Both the position numbers and the translations under genes were made by a program. The notes beneath the pieces are model-generated. The model did not search any database. It had not been told where the DNA came from and saw only the letters and a program-made list of their open reading frames with translations. Shown in pieces: positions 46,479 to 60,223 of a DNA stretch of 64,000 nucleotides. Within the stretch, counting starts at the first letter, position 1. Each line of letters begins with the position of its first letter. Where the stretch lies: contig NC_088853.1 in assembly GCF_963853765.1 (NCBI RefSeq), forward strand, positions 40,362,001 to 40,426,000. The letters are read 5' to 3'. The DNA comes from Magallana gigas. Its lineage: Eukaryota.

Positions 46479-46968
46479 TGCCAACCGTCCTTGCCACCTG
46501 ACAAGGCAACTTGTCGCTCAGCCACTTGGTAATACAAGTTGGTCAATCAATCTGGCTATGCCACTATGTCTATCTATTTTTACTCTGAATAGATCCTATC
46601 TAAACAACTTTAATCTAGTTACACAAGTTTCAACTTACAGAATTCACAGCTGTGAAATTCTCCTACACAGTGATTCACACCAGGGATTACTTAACGTATG
46701 AATTTACTGTACACACCAAACAACCACCGAATAGTGACACCACCTGACTCTTAAATCAAATGAATTATCTCTAACATGAGTGTTTAAGCACGTCATAAGT
46801 CTATCTGACAAATTCGAAAGTACAATAACTGTTTTTGTTGTTTTGTTTTTATATACTAAAAATACTTGAATAACTCTTTTAATCATTTGACAATTTAATT
46901 ACACTATTTCCAATAATTACTGATAATAAAGATACAAACAAGGGAAGATAACTCTTTCAACCGTTTCA
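46479..46968 (-). repeat. 3' LTR of the Gypsy element (~490 bp)
   Basis: Starts TG directly after the PPT (46968) and plausibly ends CGGTTGGCA (46479). No second LTR in the window, so the far border is approximate. Confidence 0.6.
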
Positions 46969-47209
46969 CTTCCCTCCCCTTAAGAATATGCGTCCCGCAT
47001 TATTCTACTGTCAGAACAAACAGTAAGGTAACAAAAATTAACAAGTCAATATGACGATGATTTATAGCATCTTCTCCCTCTTCACACTTATTGTCTTGCG
47101 TCCGTGCTCCCGGACAATGGTTGTTGTCTTAATCGACTTCGTATATACAACTTGGTCTGTCTGAATAGCCTTATCTGTAACTTTGCATGTGAGGTCATTT
47201 GTCTTGTCA

Positions 47210-47616
47210 TCCAGCCTCGGTGTCTAAAAACGGTCAGGTGTATACACGGGCAGGGGTTGAGTCCTTTTACTAACAGCCGGGTCGACGGCTTTCTCACAGG
47301 GTGTAGGTCCACTGGTAGCTATACAATATCTAGGTTCTTTGTAACTAGTACCCGGTTCTTCATCAATGGTAATGTCGGCTTCTTAGGAGAGCCACTCCTC
47401 TTCATCTGAAGACTCGGACTCGTCTTCGTGGAGATCTCTAGATAAACTATTTTCACTATTTAAAACCCTCTGAATTATCAGACTGTTGGCTACATTGACC
47501 TTTCTCACTTCGTTTGAATGGTTTCTCTTTAGATGTCGTATATAGTTGACTTTCTTGTCTGTCCAATAATCACATCTTCTACAAGAGTGTGGTTTTATAA
47601 CACTCGGCCTTTCCAT
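47210..47616 (-). pseudogene. Extra C2H2 zinc-finger ORF between pol and PPT of the Gypsy element
   Basis: HSCRRCDYWTDKKVNYIRHLKRNH, an acidic tract, one TAA at 47383, then the frame continues EADITIDEE…KRTQPLPVYTPDRF. Confidence 0.6.
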
Positions 47617-50164
47617 TCCGAGTGATTTATACTTTTAAAATAACAGAATGGACATTTCTTCAGCTGTTCCGCGCTGGAAGTCTTCGTCTTTGCCATTTCT
47701 CCACAACAGAAAAAAACTTTTCGTATAGACAATTTACCACTGGACATAATCTTGCAGCCATTTAGGCTGTCTTCTAAATTCTAGAACCACCTTTTGCAGC
47801 CAAAATTAACATAATTTTCAGCCTCATCTGTTTCAGACCCTTCGTCACTGATGACATCTGTCTTGACGTTGTGGTTGTTATTGGTCTAAGACACTTCCTT
47901 TTTGCGTTTGATTTGATGGATCATATCCACATTGTCTACATGGTAACCTACTTAATGCGTCTGCATTTTTGTGCTGAAGCCCCGGCCTATGTTGTATCTT
48001 GAAATCAAAGGCACTTAATGTCTCCAGCCATCTGGGAAGCTGACCCTCTGGGTTCTTGAAGGTAAACAACCATCTCAACGAACCATGGTCACTACTAACC
48101 AAAAGCTCGTAAGTAGACTATACAAATGTCCCATTGTAAGTCTGCTCACACGCTTTTCATGAGGCGTTCGAATGTATCCGGAGCAAAACTGAAGCCAAAA
48201 GGCATTACATTAAACTCAAAAAGACCTTGCCTCGTTGCAAATGCCGTTTTGTGTTTGTCCACACTCTCCATTTCTACTTGCCAGTAGCCCGAACAAACGT
48301 CAAGTGTAGAAAACCAAGTTGACCAAGACAACTGGTCAAAGGATTCATCGATCCTCAGAGAGGATATGAATCTTGAACGATGCAGCTAATGAGGCGTCTA
48401 TAGTCGACCTTTCTTCTTTCTTCTTAACCATGACAATAGGTGAGGACCATGGGCTTTTGGATGGGTTTGATAACATCTCTCCAGCATTTCATCTATTGTT
48501 TAATTTGCTTCCTCTGTCAAATGAGCAGGTACCCACCTTGAATGCTGTTTGATAGGACGACTATCACCGATATTGATGTGATGCTTGACAACACCCGTCT
48601 TGCCAAAGTCGAAATTATTTTCTGCAAACAAAGAGGTGTTTTTTAAAAAAAATGTTTTTGCATTTTTATGTTGTTCAGGAGTAAATGTGTTTACTGTCTT
48701 CTGCAATATTTTTGCCAGATCCTTCCCCAGAATGTTTGCTCTCTGGGATCTTCATCTGACAACATATTTTGTACTGTATTCACTTCAGAAAGCTGTCCTA
48801 CTGTTATTCCCGAATAAATGATTTTTGATTCTTGTTTCGTATTCATGAGTCTTACGGGAACAGTTTTTCCAGGAGAAACAACTGACCTTGCAGTCAAAGC
48901 ACATTGCTTTCCAACAATGTAGTCAACTGATTCGACTATACTTTTACAAGATGGAATACGTTAACCTATTGGCACACAAACTTTGGCGGGTATTATGACC
49001 TCACTTCTTGGCTATTTGCTAACTGTTTTGACAGCTGCTATCCTAAAACAGCAAAGGAACCCTTCTTTTGTGATTTTCTTCTCATGCCCCTTGATAATGA
49101 GAGCCTCATTGTTGACATCAACTGAGCACTTGTTTTTTCTTAAAATCAAGGCCTTAAATACCATCGATCTTGAGATTTGCAACTATTGCATCATTGTAGC
49201 ATGTCACCTGGTCAATACAAATGTTGAAGTCTGCTTTTCCATGCACGGAACACTGTACTATTTGCTGTCCATATTGTTTGAGATACTTCTTGCAAGTTCG
49301 GTCTTATTGTCACTGGTAACTTTTTGTACAGAGTTTCTGATACCAGTGTTACAGTGGCAGCAGTGTCCACAAGAAACTTCACTTTTTCTCCCTGTACCTG
49401 AACTTATACATACAGTCCACATTCCTCAACTGATGAACCAAGGCCAACTGACACATTTGTTCTTCTAGCTGCATTCGTATCACCTTGTGCATCATCTTTC
49501 TGGCCTTCATCAAGACTGTCATGTCGTTCCTGTCATCTGCGTAGCTCAGGGCAGTTACGTCTTAAATGCCCTGCCTGGTTACATTCATAGCACCTGCGCC
49601 AACTTTTGCCTAGAGCTTCTTAATTCTTTCAGTTCTTCTGTACTATACTTCATTCCTTCTTCTACTGACTTCATCCAGGTTTCCAGCTTGTGATCAACAT
49701 TGATACCATGTAGCTGGGGTTGTTCATCTGCCCCAAAACTCCATTAAGTGTCAGGTCTTTACAAGAAAGGTTTTCACCTCCTAACCAAACCGACCTGTAC
49801 GGAGTGCAACTTAAAGAAAGAAGACAAAGGCCATTAGAGACTCTTTCGGAATTAGGTCAGGCCATCAGGCGGTTGACTAACTTGGCATACCCTTCTGCAC
49901 ATGGTGAAGTTCGTGAAACATTGGCTATGAATCAATTTATTGATGCCTTAATTGATTCAGACATTCGTATTCGAATTAAGCCGTCTCGTCCTGCCAATCT
50001 GAAAGAAGCCATGAGGAATATAACGAAGTTGAAAAACGAGATAGATAACTCAGAGAAAACTTGAGGACAGCTATTGCAGATGATATAAGGATGTTTCCAC
50101 CCATTAATTACGAAACAAATGAAAATCCGGGTATTTTATATGTTGAAATTGTTGTTGCTTTTCA

Positions 50165-50352
50165 CATTCCCCTCAGCGGACCTAGTTAATTATGGTTAAA
50201 GCTAAAAGTCTTGCATTCAAAAGTACAAAATAAAGCACATCTTACAATAGAGTCCGCGGGCTTAGTGTCTTTGGGTTCCTACATAAACAATTTGTTCTCA
50301 AACACTGGAATGGCTTTATAATATTGCGACTCTAGGTCCGCTGAGGGAAATG
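50165..50352. mobile_element. Small MITE-like inverted-repeat element, superfamily unclear
   Basis: CATTCCCCTCAGCGGACCTAG … CTAGGTCCGCTGAGGGAAATG (21 bp, 1 mismatch). No clear TSD. Confidence 0.65.
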
Positions 50353-50669
50353 TATTAAGAAGTATTGAAAAGCATAACTGGGTGACATCGTTAGTTCACA
50401 TTGAAATTGCTTTATGTTGCTGTGACAAGACAGTTACAAACCTTTTTCACTATTTGCTTTATGATTTCAAATGCTTCATTTATAATTTAACATTTCACTT
50501 AACATTTATTTACAACTGTAAATATTGTGGTGTTTAAGTCGGTTTAAATCTATTAAAAATGCAAATTCTGATATCGTTTTGTAACTATTTATGAAAAGAA
50601 CACAACTTTTCCCATATTAAACAGAAACATTTAATTGTCATCATTATAGAGTTCATTTCGTTTAAAGAA

Positions 50670-51400
50670 GACACAGAAAGTAATATCGACCTAGCAATCT
50701 CGATCGATATCACTTTTTGTGCCTGAGGTCGAAATCACTTAACATGGGTCCACATAACCATATATATATATATACCTATCATGAAGTCCACATTACTTTT
50801 ATTATATAATCACTCACTGCACAGTTATGGTTGTTAAGAAATATTTTTATTTACAAGAGTTAGGAAATTGTACACAATGACGTTAAAATAATCTACAATC
50901 CTTCAAAATACTTTGAAAAATGCTCCAGTTAGGAATTTAAGTTATCCTTATTTTGATTACTAATAAGAGCAGATTACATTTTTCATAGCACTTTCATCAA
51001 TTAAAACCCGACCCACTGAATAAAAACAAAAGGCCGTCCTCGATACACAGCCTACTATGAATTCATTTGCCTTTCAATGACGCACACAGTGAAGAGATAG
51101 AAAGCTACAGAAAAATATAACCGAACATTAGAGATTACTGCTGTATATATATAAAAAAAGAATTTGTATTGACTTATATTTCGCATAACATTATTTTTAA
51201 TATTCTGTTTGTAGTAATTACTGTCGGTAACTTGTCTCTTCAATAGCTATTTTGTTGTTTATACTGCCGAGTCGTGCGATATTATAATCCGCGGGCGCGC
51301 ATTCGCGTCGATATCGAAAAAGGATGAATGCCACGTGATGTACTTTCAGCCAATGGCAATGATGAACATTATTGTCATATATAATCATGTATGGTGTAGT
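50670..51400. mobile_element. Probable Crypton-like non-autonomous element remnant
   Basis: Palindromic AAAGTAATATCGACC…GGTCGAAATCACTT block near 50675-50742. A CpG-rich end GCGCGCATTCGCGTCGATATC…CACGTGAT…CAGCCAATGG near 51290-51390. Confidence 0.35.
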
Positions 51401-52170
51401 CATTAACACGAGCACCACTAATACATAAGAGGTAAAATACATAACACATATGAACATTTAAAAAACAGTAACTGTTACAACCCCCCCCCCAAAAAAATAA
51501 TAAAATAAAATAAAATAAAAAAAAACACCAAAAAAAAACAGTTCAACACTTTCGTCTTTGGAAGTTTTTATTTCGGAATCCGCTATATTTTATGCTTTGC
51601 ACGACACAGCAAGTTGATCATATTTATTTAGGGATGAAGTGTCTTTATATGTAGAAATAAAACTTAACCCATATTGTCAATTGGATTAAATAAACAATTT
51701 AGATTACATAAAAAGACAATTGGTCTTCATTATTCCCAGCTATTTACATTTTTTTTTGACTGTTTATAATTATGTACATTTTAACAACTTCTAACAATGG
51801 TCACCCATCGTAAGCATTCGTATTATGTTATGCTACAGTTAAAGTACAGCACGTTTGAATAAATTGTGCTGCTTTGTTGCTATACAATTGGCAGGAAGGA
51901 AATCTGCGCCGCTTTATTTCCTTTTAAGCAGCAGAAAAATAATAAACTTTGTATGTTTACTTTGAAAATGTACTTGCAAACAAAATTCTTACATAAAACA
52001 AGTAAAAAAAATCAAAACTTGATTTGAATCATTTAGTAACTGCAAAGATGTTTTAATCTCAAAATGAATATATCAAAATAAGTTTTTAAGTTAGAGCATT
52101 TTTAATTCATTATTTACATGTAACTGTCGCATATAACATCTTAGTCAACAAAATAGTGCAAAGCATAATA

Positions 52171-52389
52171 CTGTGGAATCATTAGATTTCGTGGTGGCTC
52201 AATTTTCGTGGAATTCGTAGGTAACTCTCATCCACGAAATCACATTCTGCACGAATGGATAAATTAGGGTAATAAAGTCATATTTCCTTTTGTAGATATA
52301 TAAAAATACACGAAATTACGTCCCAACGAACCTGTAAACTTTAAACCATTCCCGAAAATTGGCCCCTACGAAATTTAATAAGTCCACAG
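52171..52389. mobile_element. Tc1/mariner-type MITE (TA TSD), same family as 33978-34182
   Basis: TA-CTGTGGAATCATTAGATTTCGTGG … CTACGAAATTTAATAAGTCCACAG-TA. Confidence 0.85.
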
Positions 52390-53333
52390 TATGTGCGAAA
52401 ATAATGAAAACTACCGGATTCCAGCTACAAAAACAATTGCATTAGGCCAAAGTTAATCACAAAAATAATAATCAGACGCGCAAAACGAGGATGGATGGTG
52501 TTTGCAGTCTTCTTCATTACTGATTCGTCTATTTTATCCATGTGAAAAGAGAAAAAAATATTACATTGAGATTTCACTTTGAATTTTTTTGTAATTTGAC
52601 TTTTATTAACCCGTTTTTTTTTATTTCTTTTTCTCATTTGGACAATTCACCTTTCAAGATATTAGTAACAAGATAAGTCATATGCTTTATAAAACTGATA
52701 GTTTTAATTTTTTTCCAATCGTACAAGATTTTTGAGTTTTATCGATCTTCAATACCAATTATTGTACTGGAAACTTCGCCAGGAAAATGACAAAAATGAT
52801 AAAATATTAAAGGTTATCCGAGAATCCAGCTCTGTATAAACATTCTATACCTTGAAGTTTAGCTGCAGAACAGAAACAGAATTAAAAAGAGGTTTTAAAT
52901 GATACTTCCTCTTTTCAGACACAATGCCATGAATTAATAATTTTATGATGAATATGTTCTTCAAAATGTAGCTGTTCAGACAGGGAACTACTATAGTAAC
53001 TTTTGTTCAAAACAAATGCATTGTTTTAACGTTATGTTTGAAAAGTAATAAGGGAGGGGGAGATCTGCTGCTCATTCGCTGAAAAGTACAAAATTGGTCA
53101 ATCGCTATTTATTTTTTATAAGACTTTCTCTTTGTATTGACAACCAATGTGGGATCCACTATTATTACACCCATGATATGAAACCCATGTTATTATCGCA
53201 TTGATATTTGGTTTGTCTGTGTTTGTTAAGACTTGTCGTTTATGAAAGCAAGCGCATTTCGAAAAGAAAAACTGAATGTAAAGGTACAATTACAATTTTG
53301 AGCTTTTTAAAAAAAAAAGGATTGTGGAAAATC

Positions 53334-55538
53334 ATGGCATCTTCTGTTAGTGGATTTCTTCTGCTTTTTACATTAATGTCCTTGCTGGTTGGCTTAATGT
53401 CCCAATATTATAAGGCTTATCTGGAGTTTGATAACAAACTGTCTATTATAAAACCAATATACGACAAGCATGCGGATTCCATTTCAATATGCGCCACATT
53501 CTGTGGATTCGGATGTAAGTGTTTTAATTTCAATCTCCAGACAGGAATGTGCCGAACATATAATTCATGCAATGCCTTATATATGACTGTCAATGAAACA
53601 GGATGGCGTTTGTATGTTGACCCACCTCTAAACACGAAAGGTAAGCATATGGGTTTCACATTTTACAGCATTTATGTAGCCATTGTGTCTTGTTCTATGT
53701 AATTGTTTTTATATGTATATTGTACGTTCATTATGTCAATTATAGCCATTGAAATTTGTATGTTACAGTTATTAGTCCTATCTTTGATCATGACGTAATC
53801 ATTAACTGTATTTTTATCATGAGATACGCAACTTTTGAATTGTTTTTGAAAACAGCAACACGAAATTCCTGTGCAAATATTTTAATTTTTCATTATTTTC
53901 TCACTCGGAGTCAATACATTACATTTACATTAACCAAGTCTGATTCAATCCTATTCTTACGAAAACTGATTGTAATTTAAGGCACTGTAAAAACTGACAG
54001 GACAAAAACTTACCTATGTAAAATTTCAAATAACATTTGCAAAATGCGGGTAATGTTGTTTTTTTTTTTGCAAGATTTTAAATTCGTATATAAAGGCTAC
54101 ACACGAATACCACTAAAATTAAGCTACCACTGTTTTACTTCAGATCGTTATCATTAATGTTTGAAAATCAAAATTGAACCAAATGCCATGTTTGCAGTTG
54201 TTTTTTGGGGAGTTTTAACCTATAAACAGATAATATTTCTGTTTAATTTTTTAATGTTGATATATTAATCGTTTAAGAATTGGAAAAATGTTGGCATTCC
54301 TGTATTCTTAGATACGTTATGAATTTTAAAAACTTTAATGTCTTTAGAGTGTTAAATTATATTTTAAAAAAAGATTATATCGTAAAAACATTAAAAAAAA
54401 AACTATGTTTGTTTTTTTCTCTCTCTTTTTTTTTTTTTTTTTTGTCTGTTTTTTTAATGAGTGATATGGCAATTCCCAATTATCTGTGTTTGATTTCTTC
54501 TGTGTTGAACGCTATATGTTATAGTTGTTAACAGTTCTTCTCTTTTGTTCAAACATACACAACACACATATTGAATAAGTTTGTACTTTGTGTGTGTATC
54601 AGATGAAAACTGAAGAAACATGAACTTTAGTTGTCTTTGATATTAATCAAGGAGGGTAGACAAGTTCTGTAATGTTTCCTTTGTTCAAGTGCGATGGTTT
54701 TTTATTTATTTCTTTTCTCTTTTTTTATTGATATGCATGTAGATTGATTGTAGTATACGTTTAAAAAGTAAAGTTTATCTCCTCCAGGAAAGAACAAGCA
54801 TTCAAGTACCGATTTATTTTTAGATACAGCAGACGCCAAGGTTTTTCAACACAGATGCTTATACGCAAACTACATTCGTAAGTCAACGTACTTTTAAATT
54901 AAAGTTAAAAGTGTACCCTATCTATCTATCTATCTATCTATCATCTTGTTATCTATCTATCTACATGTATTTATCTATCTATCAATCTATCTATATATGA
55001 ACAGGCCGCCATTCAAAAAAAGTAAAATCAATGTTTTTGTATAAGATTTGAGGCAATATAATAAAAAACCTTGCTTATATCCACAACAAATTAGCTGTTT
55101 AAATATTCAGACAAATAAGTAATTTTTGGAAACCAGTTAATTAAGAGATTTCAGATTTTAAAATCCGAGATTTCTTGTCAAATTAAACATATGCAGCAAA
55201 AACATAATTTCTTTATTCTCCATTTTCATAATTTCGTTTCACTATTTGCTGAGATCATGCAACAGCTAAGAATGAATTGAAACATTCAATAGAACAAAAC
55301 GTAAAAAAAGGCAAACTTAATCTATTATTAAGAAATAAGGAAAAAAAAATTGGTGCATTTTTTATATTGTATTTGAGAATGCAGATGTAGATTAATGCTA
55401 AATAACTGAGTGTTAAAAACACTTAAAGGTGGCTTTACCATTCTAACTATAGACATTCTAACTTCAGATCTCGAAGAAACTGATTCAAAGAATCATTACT
55501 GTTTGATTCAAACTTCTACCAACTGGACAAATGCAAAG
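53334..55538 (+). CDS. 5' exons of a secreted PAN/apple protein, probably followed by a C-type lectin domain (incomplete in window)
   Basis: Exon 53334-53640: signal + PAN (CATFCGFGCKCFNF…CRTY), phase-1 donor. Possible 54-nt exon 54824-54877. Exon 55468-55538: …NHYCLIQTSTNWTNAK, resembling the Y…W..A start of a CTLD. Confidence 0.62.
54918..54995. repeat. (TCTA)n imperfect microsatellite
   Basis: Interrupted TATC/TCTA runs. Confidence 0.85.
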
Positions 55539-57916
55539 GTAAATTTAACTTTGCAATTTATGATCACTAATTTATACGCTAACTGTAAAGGTAAGAAAAC
55601 AATGATGTTGTTGTATAAGTATGTTTAGATTTTTTTTCATATAAAGTACATATTGTCAATTCTGTGTTAAACGGATGATTTGTCTAAGTAGAGAACAAAG
55701 TTAAATAGCATTTTACCCTGATTGTCAATGTGTTTTCATACACATGTTACTCATGTAATAACGCATTATTTATCGAATTCGCAAAACGTCATTCTTGAAA
55801 GTAGCTAGAAACAAAAGAAAACGACGAGTTGCGGGACTAACTTTTCCTGGTGCTTCTTCCTCTCTAGATGCACAATTTTGGAAGTCCTGATACCTATTTG
55901 AATTGATATAATTGTAATATAATTGATTTTTTATAGTTTGTAATGTCCCTAAGTTATTATATGGAGCAAAGTCATTTATAAGTGTGATTCAGCAACTATT
56001 GAGTGCAGATGTTTCAGTTATTAACACTCTCTTTGATAGGTATGACATTTGATGGTTTTTAAGTTATAATCAGTAATCAACTTCATGTAATATGAAGACT
56101 TTTTTCAGTCAAAATACTGACACATTTTCCTGAAAGTATTCTCTGAAACTTATAAGTGCAGATGCTTGAAATTTTAACACACTATTTGCTTAATGTAGGT
56201 ATGGCATGCGCATGGTCCATTGCAATATTATTCAGATGTCAACTTCTTGTAAAATGACGACTTGTTTATTTTTACCATAAAGGACTAAATCCATGTTTAG
56301 CCAAAATCGGCCTAACGTCAAAAGCAATTAAAATTGTATTAAAAATATTCTAAAACATTTCTTCATTCGTTATGTAACTTTTTTTTTGTGTTTAAGGATT
56401 CAGAAATTATATTTCTGATGTTTATTTGAAGACACTATAATAGCGAAAAACGCGTGCTTTTTATAGCGTCAAGCATGACGTTACGTCTTTAAAAGAGCCT
56501 TCAAGTAAATTACATATTAACTATATTGTTATCTATGAAATTGAATGTATTTGTCATTAAATTGAAGTTAAAGATAAGTTCATTATCAGAATTTAATCGA
56601 GAAAGAAACGGAATTGAATTTTTTTTTACCCGAATGGCACACCATAGTTTCCGTAAAGTCGGCCATTGTGACACGATTTCGCACGGTGACAAACAGGATT
56701 GTACAGCGACAAATACAAAGGAATTCATCGACGCATTTGTAAAGTAAGTGTTATAAAACATCTCGATATTCTCTCTGTAACGTAAGGAAATATAAAATAA
56801 GAAATATTTGAATTGTTTTTATAAAAAGAGTTAGATGAACGATCGAGTCACATGTAATGTACAACACGCTGCATAGCCGCATGGTATGGTGTGTTGGCAG
56901 CGTTTCCATTTCATTGCGGGAAAAAGTTCACTTCACTATAGATTGGTTTATTATTGTTTAATTGCTATTTAAAGTATTATTTATTCACACATAACATGCA
57001 TTTTTTCATCAGCTGATCTGAGACACTCACACATTTACCCAATTCCAAGAATGTACAAGGATATACATTAAATCCAACTTGAATGCAAAACAAAGAAGAG
57101 CTACATGTATTAAAAAAAACAACGACAGCAATAACTATACTCTATTTGTAACATATTTTAAGCTCTAGTGACTACATAGCATATATGTAACTACCATTTT
57201 CAACCCAAACAATGACTCATATATTTCAAAAATATATAAAAGAATAATTACATGTAACATATTTAACACAGAAATTAAAATAGCAAATAATGGGTAACAA
57301 ATATGGTAATCATAAAGTAAATGATTCTTTGTTATGGCACATTGTCAATTAGTTTAAAAATGAGATGACAAAATGATTCAATATTAAACGAACATGATAA
57401 CAGAACACATCATGCAAAATGCACTGACATTAGTCTATACAGAGGAGATACCCCTATCTAGTGCAAACAATGTTTCCAAGTTATACAAATATATATACCA
57501 GTAATCAGGGTACAATTTATCTGCAGTGAAGATTTTGTAATTGACAAGAAAGTTGCATAATAAAAACTAGGTAGTGTGCTTCCATCATGATTTAGATAGA
57601 TTGTATATACTTATCGACAACAATAAACATCTTATTTAAATTAATACACAAAAATATCTTTTGACACTGTATTAGAATTTTCTACTAGTATATATGTAAA
57701 AAAAAATTATGATATAATTCTCGATTAAGTCATAATATGTTACAATTGACAAATTGTTGATTACAAAACATTTGTGTGATAATAATGCAACCAGATCTGT
57801 ATTGTGTTTAAATGAATCAGATAAATGAATATTTCATATTATAAATCAAAAATGTTCATATTTTCAGGATACCAACATAGTCTGATTAATCACTAGAAGA
57901 AGAAAAATGAACTCAG

Positions 57917-60223
57917 TTACTCCTCTACCTCACTGTCATCACTGTCCTCAGATTCGTCAATGACAGCTGCATCAGTGACAAACTCGGACCAGTCTTGAAT
58001 AGACGAAATAGCCTCCCTGTTGTGTCTCCCAACAGCGAGAAACCAGATAACGGCGGCGACATGGGAACATACTCCCACAACACGGGCACCCGCTCGACAT
58101 CTGCAATACCATGCAGTGATATCAGACTCGGAAAACTGGATCCAGAGCAGATACTGTCGGGAAGAAACATGACGACTCTGTAGCTTGACCCTGATAAGCC
58201 CATGGAACTCACTGTGTACCAAGATATCCACATCCCCCTCCAAATACTCCTGAATATAACTTGGACACAACTTCAGTTGATAAACTCCACAGGTCAGATT
58301 TCGTATGTCATCTTCGCTGATGTTGGGGAATTCCAAAGAATCAGTAGCCACTTCCCACTTTACAGACTTCTTATCCAGACAGTTTTCTTCAACAAATGTC
58401 TTTAAAGAGTTAACTTTTGTTGACAAATACCTCATTTTGCATGCAAGGGCCATGTCTTCATCTTCACTTCCTGTCGACAGAGGCTTGCAGTAACGGTTGG
58501 AGAGGGCACACACGATGCGCACATAGTCACCGATAAATGGCACTTGATTGGTTGGAAGAACATGAGCAAGGTACTTCCATCGCTTTATCCTTGCATTGGC
58601 TGCCTCAACAACCCAACGAATCTGAAAAGTTAAGAACAAGCACCACTCATAAAAAAGGTAAAAGTGCCTTATTTAAAATTAACAGTTGGTATATTTCTTT
58701 ACTAAAAGAAAAAAAATTTAAATGATGAAAATCATAAAATCAATGATTTGGAACAGCATTTGTTTATATTTCAGATGAAGACAGATGTAGAATAATTGTA
58801 TAATGTAATTGTATTGAAGTTTTTCTGACATCATGATTGATGATTGAATTTATTTTGTAGGTCTGGTAATCAAAATATGAAAACAACTAACCTTGGTGAC
58901 CAGACGAGAGGCATTGGCATCTAAGGTTGTCATCTGCTTCTGTCCTCTGCTCATCAGGCGAGGCATTTCGGCCCTTATTCCCAGCTCCTCGAGCATATCG
59001 ACTGAATCTCGGAAGCCTCTGTCTACAACAAAAACATCATCTTCATGGAACCAGCCCTTCAGATCTTCTACATTGGTATGAAGCATATGGTTGAGGATAG
59101 TGGCATCATTATTCCTAGCTAGGTAGGGTCCAAGAACTGTTAGAAAGTATCCGTCTGTGGATGTGACAACCATGGGTTTAACAAGGGGCCTGCCTTTATG
59201 TAAACTATATGATTTCCGTTGAAACTGGAAGTTGTTACTTTTCTGAATATATATATAAGTTCCATCCAAAACAGCAATAGCTTTCTTATTTGTAAAATCA
59301 CCAAAAAGTTCCTGTGCCAGAGGTCTTGTATGATTTTCTATAATTTCTTCTCTTGTTGTATGTTGTAGTCCAAGATGATGTGGTACAAATGACTTCATGA
59401 GTGCTGTACGGACTGATTTTACTGCTCTACAGAGGGAAGACTTTGAAATTCCAAAAATCGTGGCCAGAAGTTGATTTGACATTCCTGATCTCAGTTTTAG
59501 AAGAAAGATTCCAAGTGACATCCTTGTGCCTCGGTTTTGTGTGTTTCGAATATCACTGGAAATAAAGGAATGGAGGTCTTCAAAGTTTTCTTTAGAGATA
59601 CCAGTCAGTGCCATATAATCACTGTTGCTCATGGTAGACAGTTCAAAAGAAAATCTGCTTGTTGAGGTCTGGAGGGCATAATTTCGTATTTTTTGGATCA
59701 GTTCCAGCACTGTTGACTTGTTTACAAATGAAGACTCGAATGTCTGTATTTTGGTCAAAACACCAGGTCTAAACTCTCCTTCATCAATGTGGGATGGACA
59801 ACATCTGCTTCCAGGTGGGATGATGATTTCATGGTGAAGAAAGGCTGAAAATCTAGCTGCTGAAGACACGACAACAAGTTTAGGACCCGGTCGCTTGCAG
59901 ATTAAGCAGTAAGCATGTGAAGAAGGTGTTCTCTGGAGAGGCAAAGATATAGATGGTGGACTGCACATTCCTGGTTGTAGAGGCTGACACACAGGAAGGG
60001 AACTAGACTTCTGCTGGCATGTTTTCTGGTTTCCATGGTAGCGATGTCTGCACTTGTTGCACAAAATGTCATTTGAGTTTGCCTCAACAAGAAAGTTCTT
60101 TCTGAGGAAGCGACGGATTGCTGTTGACTCACATTTTTTTCTGTCATTTGGCCTTGTTCTTTTTTTGCAAAGGATGCATGGGAAAATCTTTTTACTCTCT
60201 GTTTTCATTTGATCTTCATTCAT
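57917..60223 (-). CDS. Intact Kolobok-type DDE transposase (DDE_Tnp_4 fold with C-terminal SWIM), 2 coding exons, ~678 aa
   Basis: Exons 60223-58892 and 58621-57917, GT-AG, phase 0 (LVTK/IRWVVE). N-terminal Cys/His clusters (CILC, CNKC, CLIC, CCPSH); DDE motifs VLDGTY, VVDRGF, VVEAANAR; SWIM CRCRAGARVVGVCSH. Confidence 0.88.

Larger units (their letters stand above)
46479..50030 (-). mobile_element. Decayed Gypsy/Ty3 LTR retrotransposon (deleted, frameshifted, gag partly inverted)
   Basis: Minus strand: CCHC knuckle CYECNQAGHLRRNCP (~49560); RT fragments FGKTGVVKHHI and WFSTLDVCSGYWQV…FEFNVMPFG; RNase H SDHGSLRWL…HKNADALSR; PPT AAGGGGAGGGAAG adjoining the LTR. A capsid segment lies on the + strand at 49720-50064. 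Confidence 0.88.

Noticed and set aside
48983-49693. Plus-strand ORFs of 161 and 68 aa
   Set aside because: Antisense shadows of the decayed Gypsy gag-pol.
56635-56745. Short ATG-to-GTAAGT segment (MAHHSFRKVGHC…FVK) as first exon of a Kolobok partner gene
   Set aside because: No recognisable motif and no downstream exons could be joined.
57925-60147. Small overlapping ORFs within the Kolobok gene; likewise those inside 6510-12024 and 24033-25151
   Set aside because: Alternative-frame or antisense shadows of real CDSs with no motifs of their own.
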